DNA of 64,000 nt. It comes from an uncultured virus (IMG/VR IMGVR_UViG_3300027156_000007) (Duplodnaviria; Heunggongvirae; Uroviricota; Caudoviricetes). Under the pieces are notes generated by a model. It was not told the DNA's origin. It saw only the letters and a program-made list of their open reading frames with translations, and ran no database searches. The position numbers and the translations under genes were made by a program. Positions 27,070-36,776 of the stretch are shown here, one piece after another; the first letter of the stretch is position 1, and the number at the start of each line of letters is the position of its first letter. The DNA lies in IMG/VR virus record IMGVR_UViG_3300027156_000007, positions 1 through 64,000 of that record; one strand, 5' to 3'.

Positions 27070-27700
27070 TCCTTTAAAAAAGCGCATATTAGAAATATGC
27101 TATAAATACAAGATCTCTCACATTGGAAGTTTTGTTTCTGCTGTAGATATTATTGACGAAATTTTTTCCAAGAAAACAGAAGATGATATTTTTATTCTAT
27201 CTTCTGGACACGCAGGTTTGGCTCTTTATGTAGTTTTAGAAAAGTATCTTGGATTAAATGCTGAAGGACTTTATCTTAAACACGGTCTTCATCCTCATAG
27301 AGACCTAGCTGATAAAATTTATTGCTCAACTGGAAGCCTTGGAACAGGAATAACAATAGGGGTTGGATCAGCAATAGCAAATAAAAATAAAAAAGTATAT
27401 GTACTATCTTCAGACGGCGAATCCTACGAGGGCAGTTTTTGGGAAAGCTTAAACTTTATTTCTGAAAACAAGATAGACAATTTGTTTTTATATGTAAACG
27501 CAAACGGCTTTGCTGCGTATAAATCGGTAGATGTAGGAGAGTTAAAAAGAAAAATTGCGAGTTTTGATATTCAGACAGATAATAAAGTTAAAGTAGTAGA
27601 AACAGATTTTAGAGATATGCCTTTTCTAAATGGTCTTTCTGCACACTACAAAACGTTAACACAAGAGGACTGGGAACAAATTAAAGCGTATGATATATAA
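27059..27700 (+). CDS. Transketolase N-terminal (ThDP-binding) subunit
   Basis: SHIGS, ILSSGHAG, STGSLGTG and SDGESYEG...NAN. Confidence 0.85.
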   Translation: MKINPLKKRILEICYKYKISHIGSFVSAVDIIDEIFSKKTEDDIFILSSGHAGLALYVVLEKYLGLNAEGLYLKHGLHPHRDLADKIYCSTGSLGTGITIGVGSAIANKNKKVYVLSSDGESYEGSFWESLNFISENKIDNLFLYVNANGFAAYKSVDVGELKRKIASFDIQTDNKVKVVETDFRDMPFLNGLSAHYKTLTQEDWEQIKAYDI

Positions 27701-28343
27701 TAACAAGCTATACTGGATTAATAATGTTAATGGTGCCGACTATTTGATGCTTGGCGTTGCCGCCATGCTGAGAAAGAAATTTAAAAAAGATCTAATTGGA
27801 GCGGAAATGGGAACTGCATATGGCGGTGGACCAGAAGCAGTTGGTAAACTATGGAAAGGAATTGGGCAAGTCCACGCTTTCGATACCTTTGAAGGCCATC
27901 CAGCACAGTTATCAGATGATCCGAATTCTTTTGAAGCTAGATGCATGGACAGGTGGTATGATAATAGATATGCAGGAAACGAAAGAATCCCCCATCTTAC
28001 AGAAGAAATGCTTTCTTATGAATACCAAAGAAAAGTATTAGACGATCAAGGATTAAGTAATGTAATTTTGCATAAAGGTTTAATCGGAGAAGATTCTTTA
28101 AAAGATATACCTTATTTGCATTATGCTTTATTAGATATGGATTTAATAAAGAGCATGAGAATTGGATATGAAATTGTAAAAGATAAAATTGTCCAAGGAG
28201 GATTTCTTTGTTTGCACGATGTAATTCCAAACGGTCATATCGAAGGCTTGTACGAGCTATATCAAGAAATACTAAATGAAGGCAAATGGAAGACTGTAAT
28301 CGAAGCAGAATCAAGCTATCTAATAGTTTTAAAAAGGCTATAA
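27690..28343 (+). CDS. TylF/MycF-like O-methyltransferase
   Basis: EMGTAYGG, FDTFEGHP, LLDMDL and GGFLCLHD. Confidence 0.7.
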   Translation: MIYNNKLYWINNVNGADYLMLGVAAMLRKKFKKDLIGAEMGTAYGGGPEAVGKLWKGIGQVHAFDTFEGHPAQLSDDPNSFEARCMDRWYDNRYAGNERIPHLTEEMLSYEYQRKVLDDQGLSNVILHKGLIGEDSLKDIPYLHYALLDMDLIKSMRIGYEIVKDKIVQGGFLCLHDVIPNGHIEGLYELYQEILNEGKWKTVIEAESSYLIVLKRL

Positions 28344-28829
28344 ATGAGAAGACTATTTGCTCAATTACTACATGAAGAAATGAAGGTAAATAAAGATATT
28401 TATCTTCTTACTGCCGATTTAGGGTTTGGTATGTGGGATAAAATTAGAGATGATTATCCTGACAGATTCTATAACGTTGGAGCGGCAGAACAATTACTAA
28501 TAGGCGCAGGAGTGGGTCTTGCTTTGGAAAATAAAATTCCAGTTTGTTATTCTGTAACTTCTTTTCTGCTCTGTCGCCCATTTGAATGGATTAGGAACTA
28601 TGTAAACCATGAACAAATTCCCGTTAAACTGTTAGGAGGAGGTTTAAATGAAGATTATGGAAACTTAGGATTTACTCATCATTCTAATGATTACAAAGAT
28701 ATACTAAATCTATTTCCAAATATTCAAAACTTTATCCCAAACGATAAAGAAGAACTAAAGAACAGCTTTAAAGAATACTTGTTTAATTCGAAACCAGCCT
28801 TCATGGGAATAAAAAGAGAATCTCACTGA
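28344..28829 (+). CDS. Transketolase pyrimidine-binding subunit (no C-terminal domain)
   Basis: LLTADLG, RFYNVGAAEQ, RPFEWIR and GFTHH; only 161 aa. Confidence 0.85.
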   Translation: MRRLFAQLLHEEMKVNKDIYLLTADLGFGMWDKIRDDYPDRFYNVGAAEQLLIGAGVGLALENKIPVCYSVTSFLLCRPFEWIRNYVNHEQIPVKLLGGGLNEDYGNLGFTHHSNDYKDILNLFPNIQNFIPNDKEELKNSFKEYLFNSKPAFMGIKRESH

Positions 28830-28834
28830 GTTAA

Positions 28835-29635
28835 ATGAATAAATATAATAAAATCCAAATCTATCTTCGCCAATTTTCTGGTCTTAGGAACAACCCAGAC
28901 AGACCTGATTGGTTTAATACAGAAAAAGTCTTCGTCAATTTACTAAATACAATAAATCAAAGTTGCTCTTTAACTGTTTGTTTTGAAAGAGAGGAGGATT
29001 TTAATAGTCATTTTATTTCAAAATACTATAACAAAAATGGAAACACTTTTAAACTAGTTTTTATAAGCACGAAAAATAAGACCAGAGAAACATTTTCTGA
29101 AGAATCTTGGAGTCATTCTGTAGCTGCAACATCTGAAGTAATTCTTCAAGATATACAAAATGGTGTTATTGCAGATGATTGTTTGATTTATATTTTAGAA
29201 GAAGACTATTTGCACCTGCCATACTGGCCGCAGATAACATTAGATCTTTTTAATAATTTTATTTCAAATAATGATTACGTTTGTTTATACGATCATAATG
29301 ACAAGTATATTTTCAGACAAACAGAGTCTACAATTAATAATTATAATTTAGAGAAGCATTGGGGAATGTATAGAGACTTGAAGTCTGAAATTATTGTTTC
29401 AAACGCTAGACATTGGAGAAATTTACCAAACTGTGGGCTATCAATGATCATGTCAAAATCTCTGTTTTTAAGAGACCAAGAGGTTTGGATTAAAGGATAT
29501 TCGGACTGCGAAATTGGATATCAATTACTGACTAAACACAAAACAAACTTTTGGACTCCTATGCCAAGCGTTTCAACTCATTGCATTAACCCATTCCTAG
29601 CCCCTCTTGTTGATTGGAAAAAAGTAATAAACTAA
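28835..29635 (+). CDS. Putative glycosyltransferase (GT-A)
   Basis: YILEEDYLH, LYDHNDKY, STH and LAPLVDW; context. Confidence 0.55.
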   Translation: MNKYNKIQIYLRQFSGLRNNPDRPDWFNTEKVFVNLLNTINQSCSLTVCFEREEDFNSHFISKYYNKNGNTFKLVFISTKNKTRETFSEESWSHSVAATSEVILQDIQNGVIADDCLIYILEEDYLHLPYWPQITLDLFNNFISNNDYVCLYDHNDKYIFRQTESTINNYNLEKHWGMYRDLKSEIIVSNARHWRNLPNCGLSMIMSKSLFLRDQEVWIKGYSDCEIGYQLLTKHKTNFWTPMPSVSTHCINPFLAPLVDWKKVIN

Positions 29636-30495
29636 TGAAAGAAGGCAAAAATTTCAAAGTATTAGGAGTCAGACAGTCTCTAATTGGAGACTGCATAATG
29701 AGTTTACCAGTTTTGCAATTTGTCGAAAAGCGTAGACCAAACAGTTATAAATACTGGCACGTTGCTAAAAAGTGTTCTCAGTCTGCTCCTTTATTTTATA
29801 ATCATCCTTTAATTGATAAAATAGTAATTACTGATTGCGAAGAAGGCTTTGGCCCTAAAGATATAGAACTAGCCAAGCAATGCGATTTTGTATTTAATAC
29901 AACTCCACAACACCCATTTGGAGAGTGCTGGCATGATCATAGGAATATGCTTCAAGAAACTTGGGTAATGGCAGGTATTGATTTAAAAGAATTTGAAGCT
30001 CTAACAGAAGAAGAAAAAACTCCATCTCTTACAAAATGGTTTAATACCAACAGAGAATCAAACACAATAGCAGTCCATTGCTTCGCTGGATATGGAAGAG
30101 ATAACCACAGAAGCCCAAACAAAGAATGGTGGGCTGAATTAATAGAATCATTAACTAAACAAGGGTTTAAAGTTATTAGATTAGGACATCCAAAAGAACC
30201 AGAACTTACAAAATGTAATGATTTGCGTCACTTATCTTTTCTTGAGCAGATCCAAATAGCTTTAGGATGTGATATGTATATAGGCACAGATTCTGGATTT
30301 TCTTTAGTCATGGGAGCATATTCTCACCCTCAAATAACATTGCTTACAAATTGGAACGTAAACCATTTTCAAAATCCAACTTGTTTGCAGCCAATTAACA
30401 AAAACAACATAAGCCTATTTAATGAATTTATAAAAGGCGGATGCTCTGGAATATCTAAAGATAAAGTTTTAGAAAATATTAAAAATTTACTATAA
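29635..30495 (+). CDS. GT9-like glycosyltransferase
   Basis: LIGDCIM, NHPLID, IRLG and YIGTDSG; start at TAATG overlap. Confidence 0.75.
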   Translation: MKEGKNFKVLGVRQSLIGDCIMSLPVLQFVEKRRPNSYKYWHVAKKCSQSAPLFYNHPLIDKIVITDCEEGFGPKDIELAKQCDFVFNTTPQHPFGECWHDHRNMLQETWVMAGIDLKEFEALTEEEKTPSLTKWFNTNRESNTIAVHCFAGYGRDNHRSPNKEWWAELIESLTKQGFKVIRLGHPKEPELTKCNDLRHLSFLEQIQIALGCDMYIGTDSGFSLVMGAYSHPQITLLTNWNVNHFQNPTCLQPINKNNISLFNEFIKGGCSGISKDKVLENIKNLL

Positions 30496-30501
30496 TAGTC
30501 T

Positions 30502-31674
30502 ATGTATCAATATCCTTTACAAACAGACAACTTTTCTCTACTAGATAGAATTAAGGCAGCTTTATTTGTTGTTAATAAGAAGAATCGTCTCACTACTGGG
30601 CCTAAAGTTATTGAACTAGAGAAAAAGTGGGAACAGATCGCAGGACCGAATACTAAATGTGTAGCTGTTTCTTCTGGTTCAACCGCCAATCATCTTTTAG
30701 TAGAGACTTTCATCCAGAGTCTCAATCTTGACCCAAAGGATATTACTGTTTTTGTCCCTTCAACAACATGGGCATCATCTATAAGTCCTTGGATAATGAG
30801 AGGATGTAAAGTAGTTTTTGTAGACATTAATCTAAATGATTTTAGTTTTGATTATCAGCAGTTAGAAAAGAAACTAGAAAGCACAAAGAATTCTAAAAAA
30901 GTTAAGGTAATCTGGCCTACTGCTTTAATTGGTTTTATTCCTGACATTAAAAAGCTAACCGAATTAAAAGAAAAGTATAACGCTTATCTATTTGCTGATC
31001 TCTGCGAAACAACAATGGGAGAATATCTTGATAAGAATATTCTTCGTTGTTTTGACATGACAACGACTTCTTTCTTTTGGGCGCATCAAATCTGCGGTAT
31101 TGAAATGGGTATGCTGTTCATGCAAGAAGATTTTATTAAGAACAGCGAGTTCTATATAAATGCTCAAATGATCCGAAGCCACGGATTAACTAGAGTTCTA
31201 CCAAAAAACAATGTAGTCAGACAAGAAATAGAAAAAGACAATCCAGAAGTCGATCCTGAATTTCTGTTTTATAAAGTTGGAACAAATTATAGAACAACAG
31301 ATCTAAACGCTTTTTTTGCCTTGATGGATACTGAAAGATATTATGACTATATAAATCAAAGAAAAGAAATTTGGCAATATTTTGTATCCAAGCTCCCAGT
31401 TGAATACAAGAAGCTTAATCCAGATATCGTTCCATTCTGTCTTCCGCTAATAACAGAGAGTAAATCAATTAAACACATAAAGAAGATATTAAACTTAAAC
31501 GGCTGGGAGACTCGACCAGTAATTTGTTACCTTCCAATCAATCCAGCGTTCAAAGAGTTTGCAAAAGGAGAAGTTTTCCCTAATAGCGAATTCTTAAATA
31601 GAAACGGATTCTATGTTGGTTTAAATAAAGACGTAAAACGCGAAGACATAGATAAACTAATCAATCTTTTATAA
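30502..31674 (+). CDS. DegT-family PLP enzyme, ColD-like NDP-sugar 3-dehydratase
   Basis: SSGSTANH, DLCETTMG, SFFWAHQI (His, no Lys), RSHG and GTNYR; lies near gmd. Confidence 0.7.
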   Translation: MYQYPLQTDNFSLLDRIKAALFVVNKKNRLTTGPKVIELEKKWEQIAGPNTKCVAVSSGSTANHLLVETFIQSLNLDPKDITVFVPSTTWASSISPWIMRGCKVVFVDINLNDFSFDYQQLEKKLESTKNSKKVKVIWPTALIGFIPDIKKLTELKEKYNAYLFADLCETTMGEYLDKNILRCFDMTTTSFFWAHQICGIEMGMLFMQEDFIKNSEFYINAQMIRSHGLTRVLPKNNVVRQEIEKDNPEVDPEFLFYKVGTNYRTTDLNAFFALMDTERYYDYINQRKEIWQYFVSKLPVEYKKLNPDIVPFCLPLITESKSIKHIKKILNLNGWETRPVICYLPINPAFKEFAKGEVFPNSEFLNRNGFYVGLNKDVKREDIDKLINLL

Positions 31675-31675
31675 A

Positions 31676-32014
31676 ATGATTAATATTTGCACAGACGAGG
31701 CTTATGCTTTTGATTTCTTAAGCATATTACAGATAAAGAGCGACCGCTCAGATCAAGCGAAAGAGACTTGGCAAAATTGCTATAATTATATAAAAGCTCA
31801 ATTACCTAAAGATTTATTTATTCAAATTATTAACTCCCAAGAATATGAAAATATGGTATCAGTTAATAAGAAAACTTTTGATGCTGTTGAGCTTGCTAGA
31901 TATGGTAATATCTCAGCAAAAGAAGTCGATAGCGCAAATATGGAACGGCATTACGCGAAAATAGCATTACAAAAAAGATTTTTTCTCACTAATCTAACAG
32001 AACAAAAAACATGA
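31676..32014 (+). CDS. Hypothetical protein
   Basis: DEAYAFDFLSILQIK helical ORF of a type often found in sugar clusters. Confidence 0.55.
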   Translation: MINICTDEAYAFDFLSILQIKSDRSDQAKETWQNCYNYIKAQLPKDLFIQIINSQEYENMVSVNKKTFDAVELARYGNISAKEVDSANMERHYAKIALQKRFFLTNLTEQKT

Positions 32015-33063
32015 AAAATGTAATTATTACCGGAATCTCAGGACAAGATGGGTCTTACATGGTGGACTATCTTATTGAGAATACTAATTTTAATATCTTT
32101 GGAGCAGTAAGAAGGATTTCTAAACCTAACTATTCTAATTTTGAACAACATCTTGATAACAAAAGGTTTAATCTAATCACTCTTGATCTTTCAGATTCTC
32201 AATCAGTTGATAATGCGGTAAGAGAAGTTAAGCCTGATTATTTTATTAATTTTGCTGCTCAATCTTTCGTTGGATCAAGCTGGCAGATTCCAGAACAAAC
32301 ATTTGACGCAGGTGCGATGGGTGTTATAAGATGTCTTGAGGCAGTCCACAAACACGCTCCTCATTGTAAATTTTATAATGCTGGAAGTTCTGAAGAGTTT
32401 GGAGATGTAAAGTACGCTCCTCAAGACGAGAAGCATCCTCTTTCTCCAAGGTCTCCTTATGGAGCCGCGAAATGCGCTGCAAGACATATAGTTAAAGTAT
32501 ATCGTGAGTCTTATAATCTTTTTGCAATTCAAGGTTATCTTTTTAATCATGAATCTCCAAGAAGAGGAGAAGAGTTTGTTACTAGAAAAGTAACTAAAGG
32601 AATTGCTAGAATTAATAAAGCTATTCAAAAAGGAGAATCTTTTGAGCCAATTCGTCTTGGAAATGTTGACGCGAAGAGAGACTGGAGCCATGCTTTTGAC
32701 TTTGTGGACGGCGTGTGGAAGATGTTGAACCAAGAAAAGCCAAATGAGTATGTTCTCTCTAGTAATGAAACTCATACAATTAGAGAATTTATTGAACTCG
32801 CTTTTAAAGAAGCAGGAATAGAAGGATTTTGGCATGGGCAAGGAACGAATGAAGAGTACTCTATTTCGACTGAATACGCCATCAAGAATGAAGTCAACTC
32901 ATCTGTACTGGTCAAAATCGATCCAAAATTCTTCCGCCCCGCAGAGGTTGATTTGCTCCTTGGAGACTCAAACAGGGCCAGACAAGAACTAGGTTGGAAT
33001 CCGAAATGGTCTTTCCATCAGTTAGTAAAAGACATGGTAGCTGCGGATATTAAAGAATCATAA
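32011..33063 (+). CDS. gmd: GDP-mannose 4,6-dehydratase
   Basis: ITGISGQDGSY, AAQSFV, SSEEFG, PRSPYGAAK, FNHESPRRGEEFVTRK, RDWSHA and FRPAEVDLLLGD. Confidence 0.95.
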   Translation: MKNVIITGISGQDGSYMVDYLIENTNFNIFGAVRRISKPNYSNFEQHLDNKRFNLITLDLSDSQSVDNAVREVKPDYFINFAAQSFVGSSWQIPEQTFDAGAMGVIRCLEAVHKHAPHCKFYNAGSSEEFGDVKYAPQDEKHPLSPRSPYGAAKCAARHIVKVYRESYNLFAIQGYLFNHESPRRGEEFVTRKVTKGIARINKAIQKGESFEPIRLGNVDAKRDWSHAFDFVDGVWKMLNQEKPNEYVLSSNETHTIREFIELAFKEAGIEGFWHGQGTNEEYSISTEYAIKNEVNSSVLVKIDPKFFRPAEVDLLLGDSNRARQELGWNPKWSFHQLVKDMVAADIKES

Positions 33064-33455
33064 TGTCAACTCATCAAACTATTGTTGAAAAATTTGTAAG
33101 AGAAAAAGACATAAACTGGGCCAGAGACATGAAAACTGCCTCAAGGCTCTTAAAAAAATTTCCAGATAGAGACTTTTGGGATTGGGTTGAGCCATACCCA
33201 ACAGTCAGCAATCTTGCGTTTTTGCAATCTGAAAAAAATTTAGAAATACTAATTAATAGATATCAGCTATTTCTTCAGCAAAAAGACCTCAAAGACTCCA
33301 AAGAAAAGCTCAAAGAAAGCTTTGACTCAAAGCTTGCGGTCAGCTATAATGAACTAAACGGCAAGGTGGGCGAAGACATCCCCATTGTAAAAAAGCCCAA
33401 AACTTTAAAAGAATTCCTGAATTATGGCGAGACCTCCGAAACAACAGCAACCTGA
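33063..33455 (+). CDS. Hypothetical protein
   Basis: 130-aa ORF between gmd and recA. Confidence 0.55.
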   Translation: MSTHQTIVEKFVREKDINWARDMKTASRLLKKFPDRDFWDWVEPYPTVSNLAFLQSEKNLEILINRYQLFLQQKDLKDSKEKLKESFDSKLAVSYNELNGKVGEDIPIVKKPKTLKEFLNYGETSETTAT

Positions 33456-34575
33456 AGAAAAAGTATCAACCGTTGGAGCTTCAAGCAGACTCCAAGCAAT
33501 TTTAAATAACAAAGATCATAAGGATGATCATTTTAATTTCGAAGAAGCAGTTACTTGGAAGATCTCAACTGGCAGTCTTCTATTAGACGCAGCAGTAGGT
33601 GGAGGCATTACCCCTTCTCTAATTCGTCTTTGCGGACCAAATAACGAAGGCAAAACTCCACAAGCTTTAGAGATTTGCAGAAATTTCCTTGCAGAGATTC
33701 CTAAGAGCAGAGTGGTTTGGGTGTTGGCAGAGGGCCGTTTATCTAAAGAGAACAGAGAGCGTTGCGGCATGAAGTTTGTCACCGACGCTTCTGAATGGAC
33801 TGATGGTTCAGTTTTTATTCTTGAGTCTAATGTTTATGATTTAGTAATTGACGTTATTAAAGATCTCGTTCTTAATAATGCAGAAGATCATCGTTATTGT
33901 TTTGTAATTGATTCGATGGATGGTCTTATCTTGAAGAGAGACAAAGACACTAGCCCAGCAGACGCGAGCAAGGTCGCGGGAACTCAAGTCATCAGTAAAA
34001 AGCTTTTGCAGTCACTAAGTATTGGAATGTTCAAGCATGGTCACTTGATGATTGCTATTAGTCAGATTACTTCTGAAATTAAGATTGATCCTTATGCTAA
34101 GAACGCCCCAAGAGGAGGAATGTTTAGCGGCGGAAATGCTCTCTTGCATTGGGCAGACTTCATCCTAGAGTATAGTCCAACTGCAATGGGAGATTATATT
34201 CTTGACAACCCATCTGGCAAAATGAATGATGGTAAGACTAAATCAATTGGAAAATATTCCAAAGTGATGATTCAAAAGTCTACCAGTGAAGCTACTCGCA
34301 AGAATATTATTCAGTATCCAATTAAGTTTGGCAAAAAGCCTTCTGGCATTTGGGTAGAGTATGAAATTCTTGATTGCTTGTTGATGTGGGATCTTGTCGT
34401 TGCAAAAGGCGCGTGGATCACTGTCGATGATTCTCTAATTGAAGAGTTGAAGACGGTTGGAATTGATATGCCAAAGCAACATCAGGGAAGAGAAAACTTC
34501 AGGAAGTGGCTTGAAGAAAATACTGACGCTACGAAGCATTTGTTCAATAAGCTCAAAGCCGTTCAATCAAAATGA
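33424..34575 (+). CDS. RecA/UvsX-like recombinase
   Basis: ISTGSLLLDAAVGGG, Walker A GPNNEGKT, Walker B FVIDS and SGGNALLH. Confidence 0.85.
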   Translation: MARPPKQQQPEEKVSTVGASSRLQAILNNKDHKDDHFNFEEAVTWKISTGSLLLDAAVGGGITPSLIRLCGPNNEGKTPQALEICRNFLAEIPKSRVVWVLAEGRLSKENRERCGMKFVTDASEWTDGSVFILESNVYDLVIDVIKDLVLNNAEDHRYCFVIDSMDGLILKRDKDTSPADASKVAGTQVISKKLLQSLSIGMFKHGHLMIAISQITSEIKIDPYAKNAPRGGMFSGGNALLHWADFILEYSPTAMGDYILDNPSGKMNDGKTKSIGKYSKVMIQKSTSEATRKNIIQYPIKFGKKPSGIWVEYEILDCLLMWDLVVAKGAWITVDDSLIEELKTVGIDMPKQHQGRENFRKWLEENTDATKHLFNKLKAVQSK

Positions 34576-34991
34576 AGCTTTATTCTGTAACCGGCAGAAT
34601 AATTAACAAAAATGTTTCCCAATTTTTAATAGATTGGGAAAAAGAGTCTCGTTCTAAAATTCAATTTCAAGTAAAGCAATTCTTGAAACCATTTTGGAAG
34701 ACTCATGTTTGTTACGAAGAGTTCCCGGTATTTGGAAGTAGAATGAAGGTTGACTTCATTAATATCTCTCGCAAAATAGCGGTAGAAGTTAATGGCGACC
34801 AGCACTCTTCTTTCAATAAATTCTTCCATAATAACTCAAGATTAAATTACCTTAATTCTATTAAGAGAGACTACAAAAAAGCTGTGTGGTTAGAGAAAAA
34901 TGGTTTTCAATTAATAGAATTAGAGACTAGCGACCTAAATAAATTAAGTTATGATTACATAAATCATACATTTAATATATCGTTAGTGTAA
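34572..34991 (+). CDS. PD-(D/E)XK endonuclease (DUF559/Vsr-like)
   Basis: EEFPV...VDF...AVEVNGDQH...RDYKKAVWL. Confidence 0.75.
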   Translation: MKLYSVTGRIINKNVSQFLIDWEKESRSKIQFQVKQFLKPFWKTHVCYEEFPVFGSRMKVDFINISRKIAVEVNGDQHSSFNKFFHNNSRLNYLNSIKRDYKKAVWLEKNGFQLIELETSDLNKLSYDYINHTFNISLV

Positions 34992-34993
34992 TA
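34986..34993 (+). promoter_or_regulatory. GTGTAATA motif
   Basis: 6 nt before GTG 35000. Confidence 0.5.
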
Positions 34994-34999
34994 TAAGCT

Positions 35000-35275
35000 G
35001 TGGCTAAAAATAAAGAATTTCATTTCCCAGAAAGTATTCTATCACAGATAGATGAATGCTCGCAGGGAGGGTTCTTGCTGTTTACCTTTGACAAAAAGGG
35101 AATGCCAGAAGTAAGGTCTAAATTCGATAATGCACAGAACGCAATGGCGATGCATTATTATATTAATAATTGGCTTAGTGCTGTTGATCAGATTAATTTA
35201 GAAAATACTATTCACAACATTATTGCCTCTGATGAAGAAGACGGTGAAGACGAAGATGGTTCTGCTCAAAAATAA
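35000..35275 (+). CDS. Hypothetical protein with acidic tail
   Basis: 91-aa ORF. Confidence 0.6.
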   Translation: MAKNKEFHFPESILSQIDECSQGGFLLFTFDKKGMPEVRSKFDNAQNAMAMHYYINNWLSAVDQINLENTIHNIIASDEEDGEDEDGSAQK

Positions 35276-35291
35276 CTCTTTTTTTGTTTAA

Positions 35292-36776
35292 ATGAAGCTT
35301 TCCTCTATTAAAGTAGAGCAATCCTTGCTTGGTGCGCTCATTAAAAACTCAGAATCTTTTTATGATATAGATCACTTTATATCAGAAATTGATTTTACTA
35401 ATGATGTAAATGGAACAGTTTATTCAGTTATTAGGCAACTTTGCAATGCTAAAGAGAAAATTGACAAAGTAATATTAGCTCAAAAGATTCAAAATCTTGG
35501 AATCTCATTTCAAGAAGATCTTGATATATATGATTATATTGATTGCCTTTCTTTAGCGGTTTCAAATAAAGAATCTGCTCTTAAATACGCTAAGGAGTTA
35601 AAGCAGTTTTCTATTCGGCGAGACATAAAAGGCATGGCTCAAAGAATAATAGAAACTGTTTCTACCAATCCTGAGAAAAATGCCAATCAAATAATAGCTG
35701 AAGTAGATTCTATATATGGCGAAAAGATTAATTCTTTTGATGCTACTGAAGAGATTAGGAATATCTTTGAAGACATAGAAGCTTTCATAGAAGAAAAAGG
35801 TAATAATCCTCAAGATGAAGCAGGTATAGAATTGCATTATCCAGAGTTTGCAAGACTCTATGGTGGTTTAAGAAATGGAAATGTCTATGCCATTGTAAGC
35901 CGCCCCGGTCAAGGCAAAAGCTCCTTCTTAGTTGAGATGTCTCTGGGAGCTTATTTAAAGAACAAAAAAGTCAGTGTTCTTTATCTTGATACTGAAATGT
36001 TCTCAGAAGACGTTAAGCTTCGTATTGCAGCAGCAAAGACAGGGGTGCCTTTCTGGTATATTGATACAGGAAACTGGCGTAAGAATGCTGAAATGGTCAC
36101 TAAGGTTAGAGGCTTCTTAAAAGAATTCAGTAAATATAATTATACTCATCATTGTGTCGGTAATAAAAGTATTGATGAGATTATATCTTTCATTCGTAGA
36201 TGGTATTATAGCAAAGTTGGAAGAGGAAACCCTGCTCTTATTTGCTATGATTACGTTAAACTTACCGGAGAAAAGGTAGGTCAAAACTGGGCAGAACATC
36301 AAGCCATCGGTGAAAAGATCGATAAACTTAAAAAGATTTCAGAAGAAATTAATGCCCCGCTATTCACTGCCATGCAAATGAATAGGGCTGGCGAAAACTT
36401 TAATAGAAACGCTGGAGATGTAACTGATGATAGCTCTGCGATTGCTCTATCTGATCGACTGCAATGGTTTTCAAGCTTTGTCGGAATTTTCCGAAGAAAA
36501 ACTCTTGACGAAATAGAGCGCGACACCCCAGACTTCGGCACACACAAGCTGATAACCTTAAAAAGCCGTTTCCAAGGTAAAGATGCCGCTGGGCATCAAG
36601 ATCTTCTTAGAAGAAGAAACGAACATGGCGATGAGCGTTATGTTCAAAACTTTATCAACTTTCAGATTAATAATTTTAGCGTAGAAGAGAGAGGCTCCTT
36701 GACTAACATTATTGAGAGAGAGCGTCAAACATTCTCATTGAATGATGCCAATCCCAATGATGGTGCTTTGTTATGA
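35292..36776 (+). CDS. dnaB: Replicative DNA helicase
   Basis: N-terminal EQSLLGAL, Walker A RPGQGKS, DTEM, YDYVKL and AMQMNR. Confidence 0.9.
   Translation: MKLSSIKVEQSLLGALIKNSESFYDIDHFISEIDFTNDVNGTVYSVIRQLCNAKEKIDKVILAQKIQNLGISFQEDLDIYDYIDCLSLAVSNKESALKYAKELKQFSIRRDIKGMAQRIIETVSTNPEKNANQIIAEVDSIYGEKINSFDATEEIRNIFEDIEAFIEEKGNNPQDEAGIELHYPEFARLYGGLRNGNVYAIVSRPGQGKSSFLVEMSLGAYLKNKKVSVLYLDTEMFSEDVKLRIAAAKTGVPFWYIDTGNWRKNAEMVTKVRGFLKEFSKYNYTHHCVGNKSIDEIISFIRRWYYSKVGRGNPALICYDYVKLTGEKVGQNWAEHQAIGEKIDKLKKISEEINAPLFTAMQMNRAGENFNRNAGDVTDDSSAIALSDRLQWFSSFVGIFRRKTLDEIERDTPDFGTHKLITLKSRFQGKDAAGHQDLLRRRNEHGDERYVQNFINFQINNFSVEERGSLTNIIERERQTFSLNDANPNDGALL

Noticed and set aside
16314..33063. Bacterial chromosomal O-antigen locus (i.e. 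window is not phage)
   Set aside because: Continuous with phage replication and tail genes, lacks wzx/wzy/ABC export genes, and no host housekeeping genes are present
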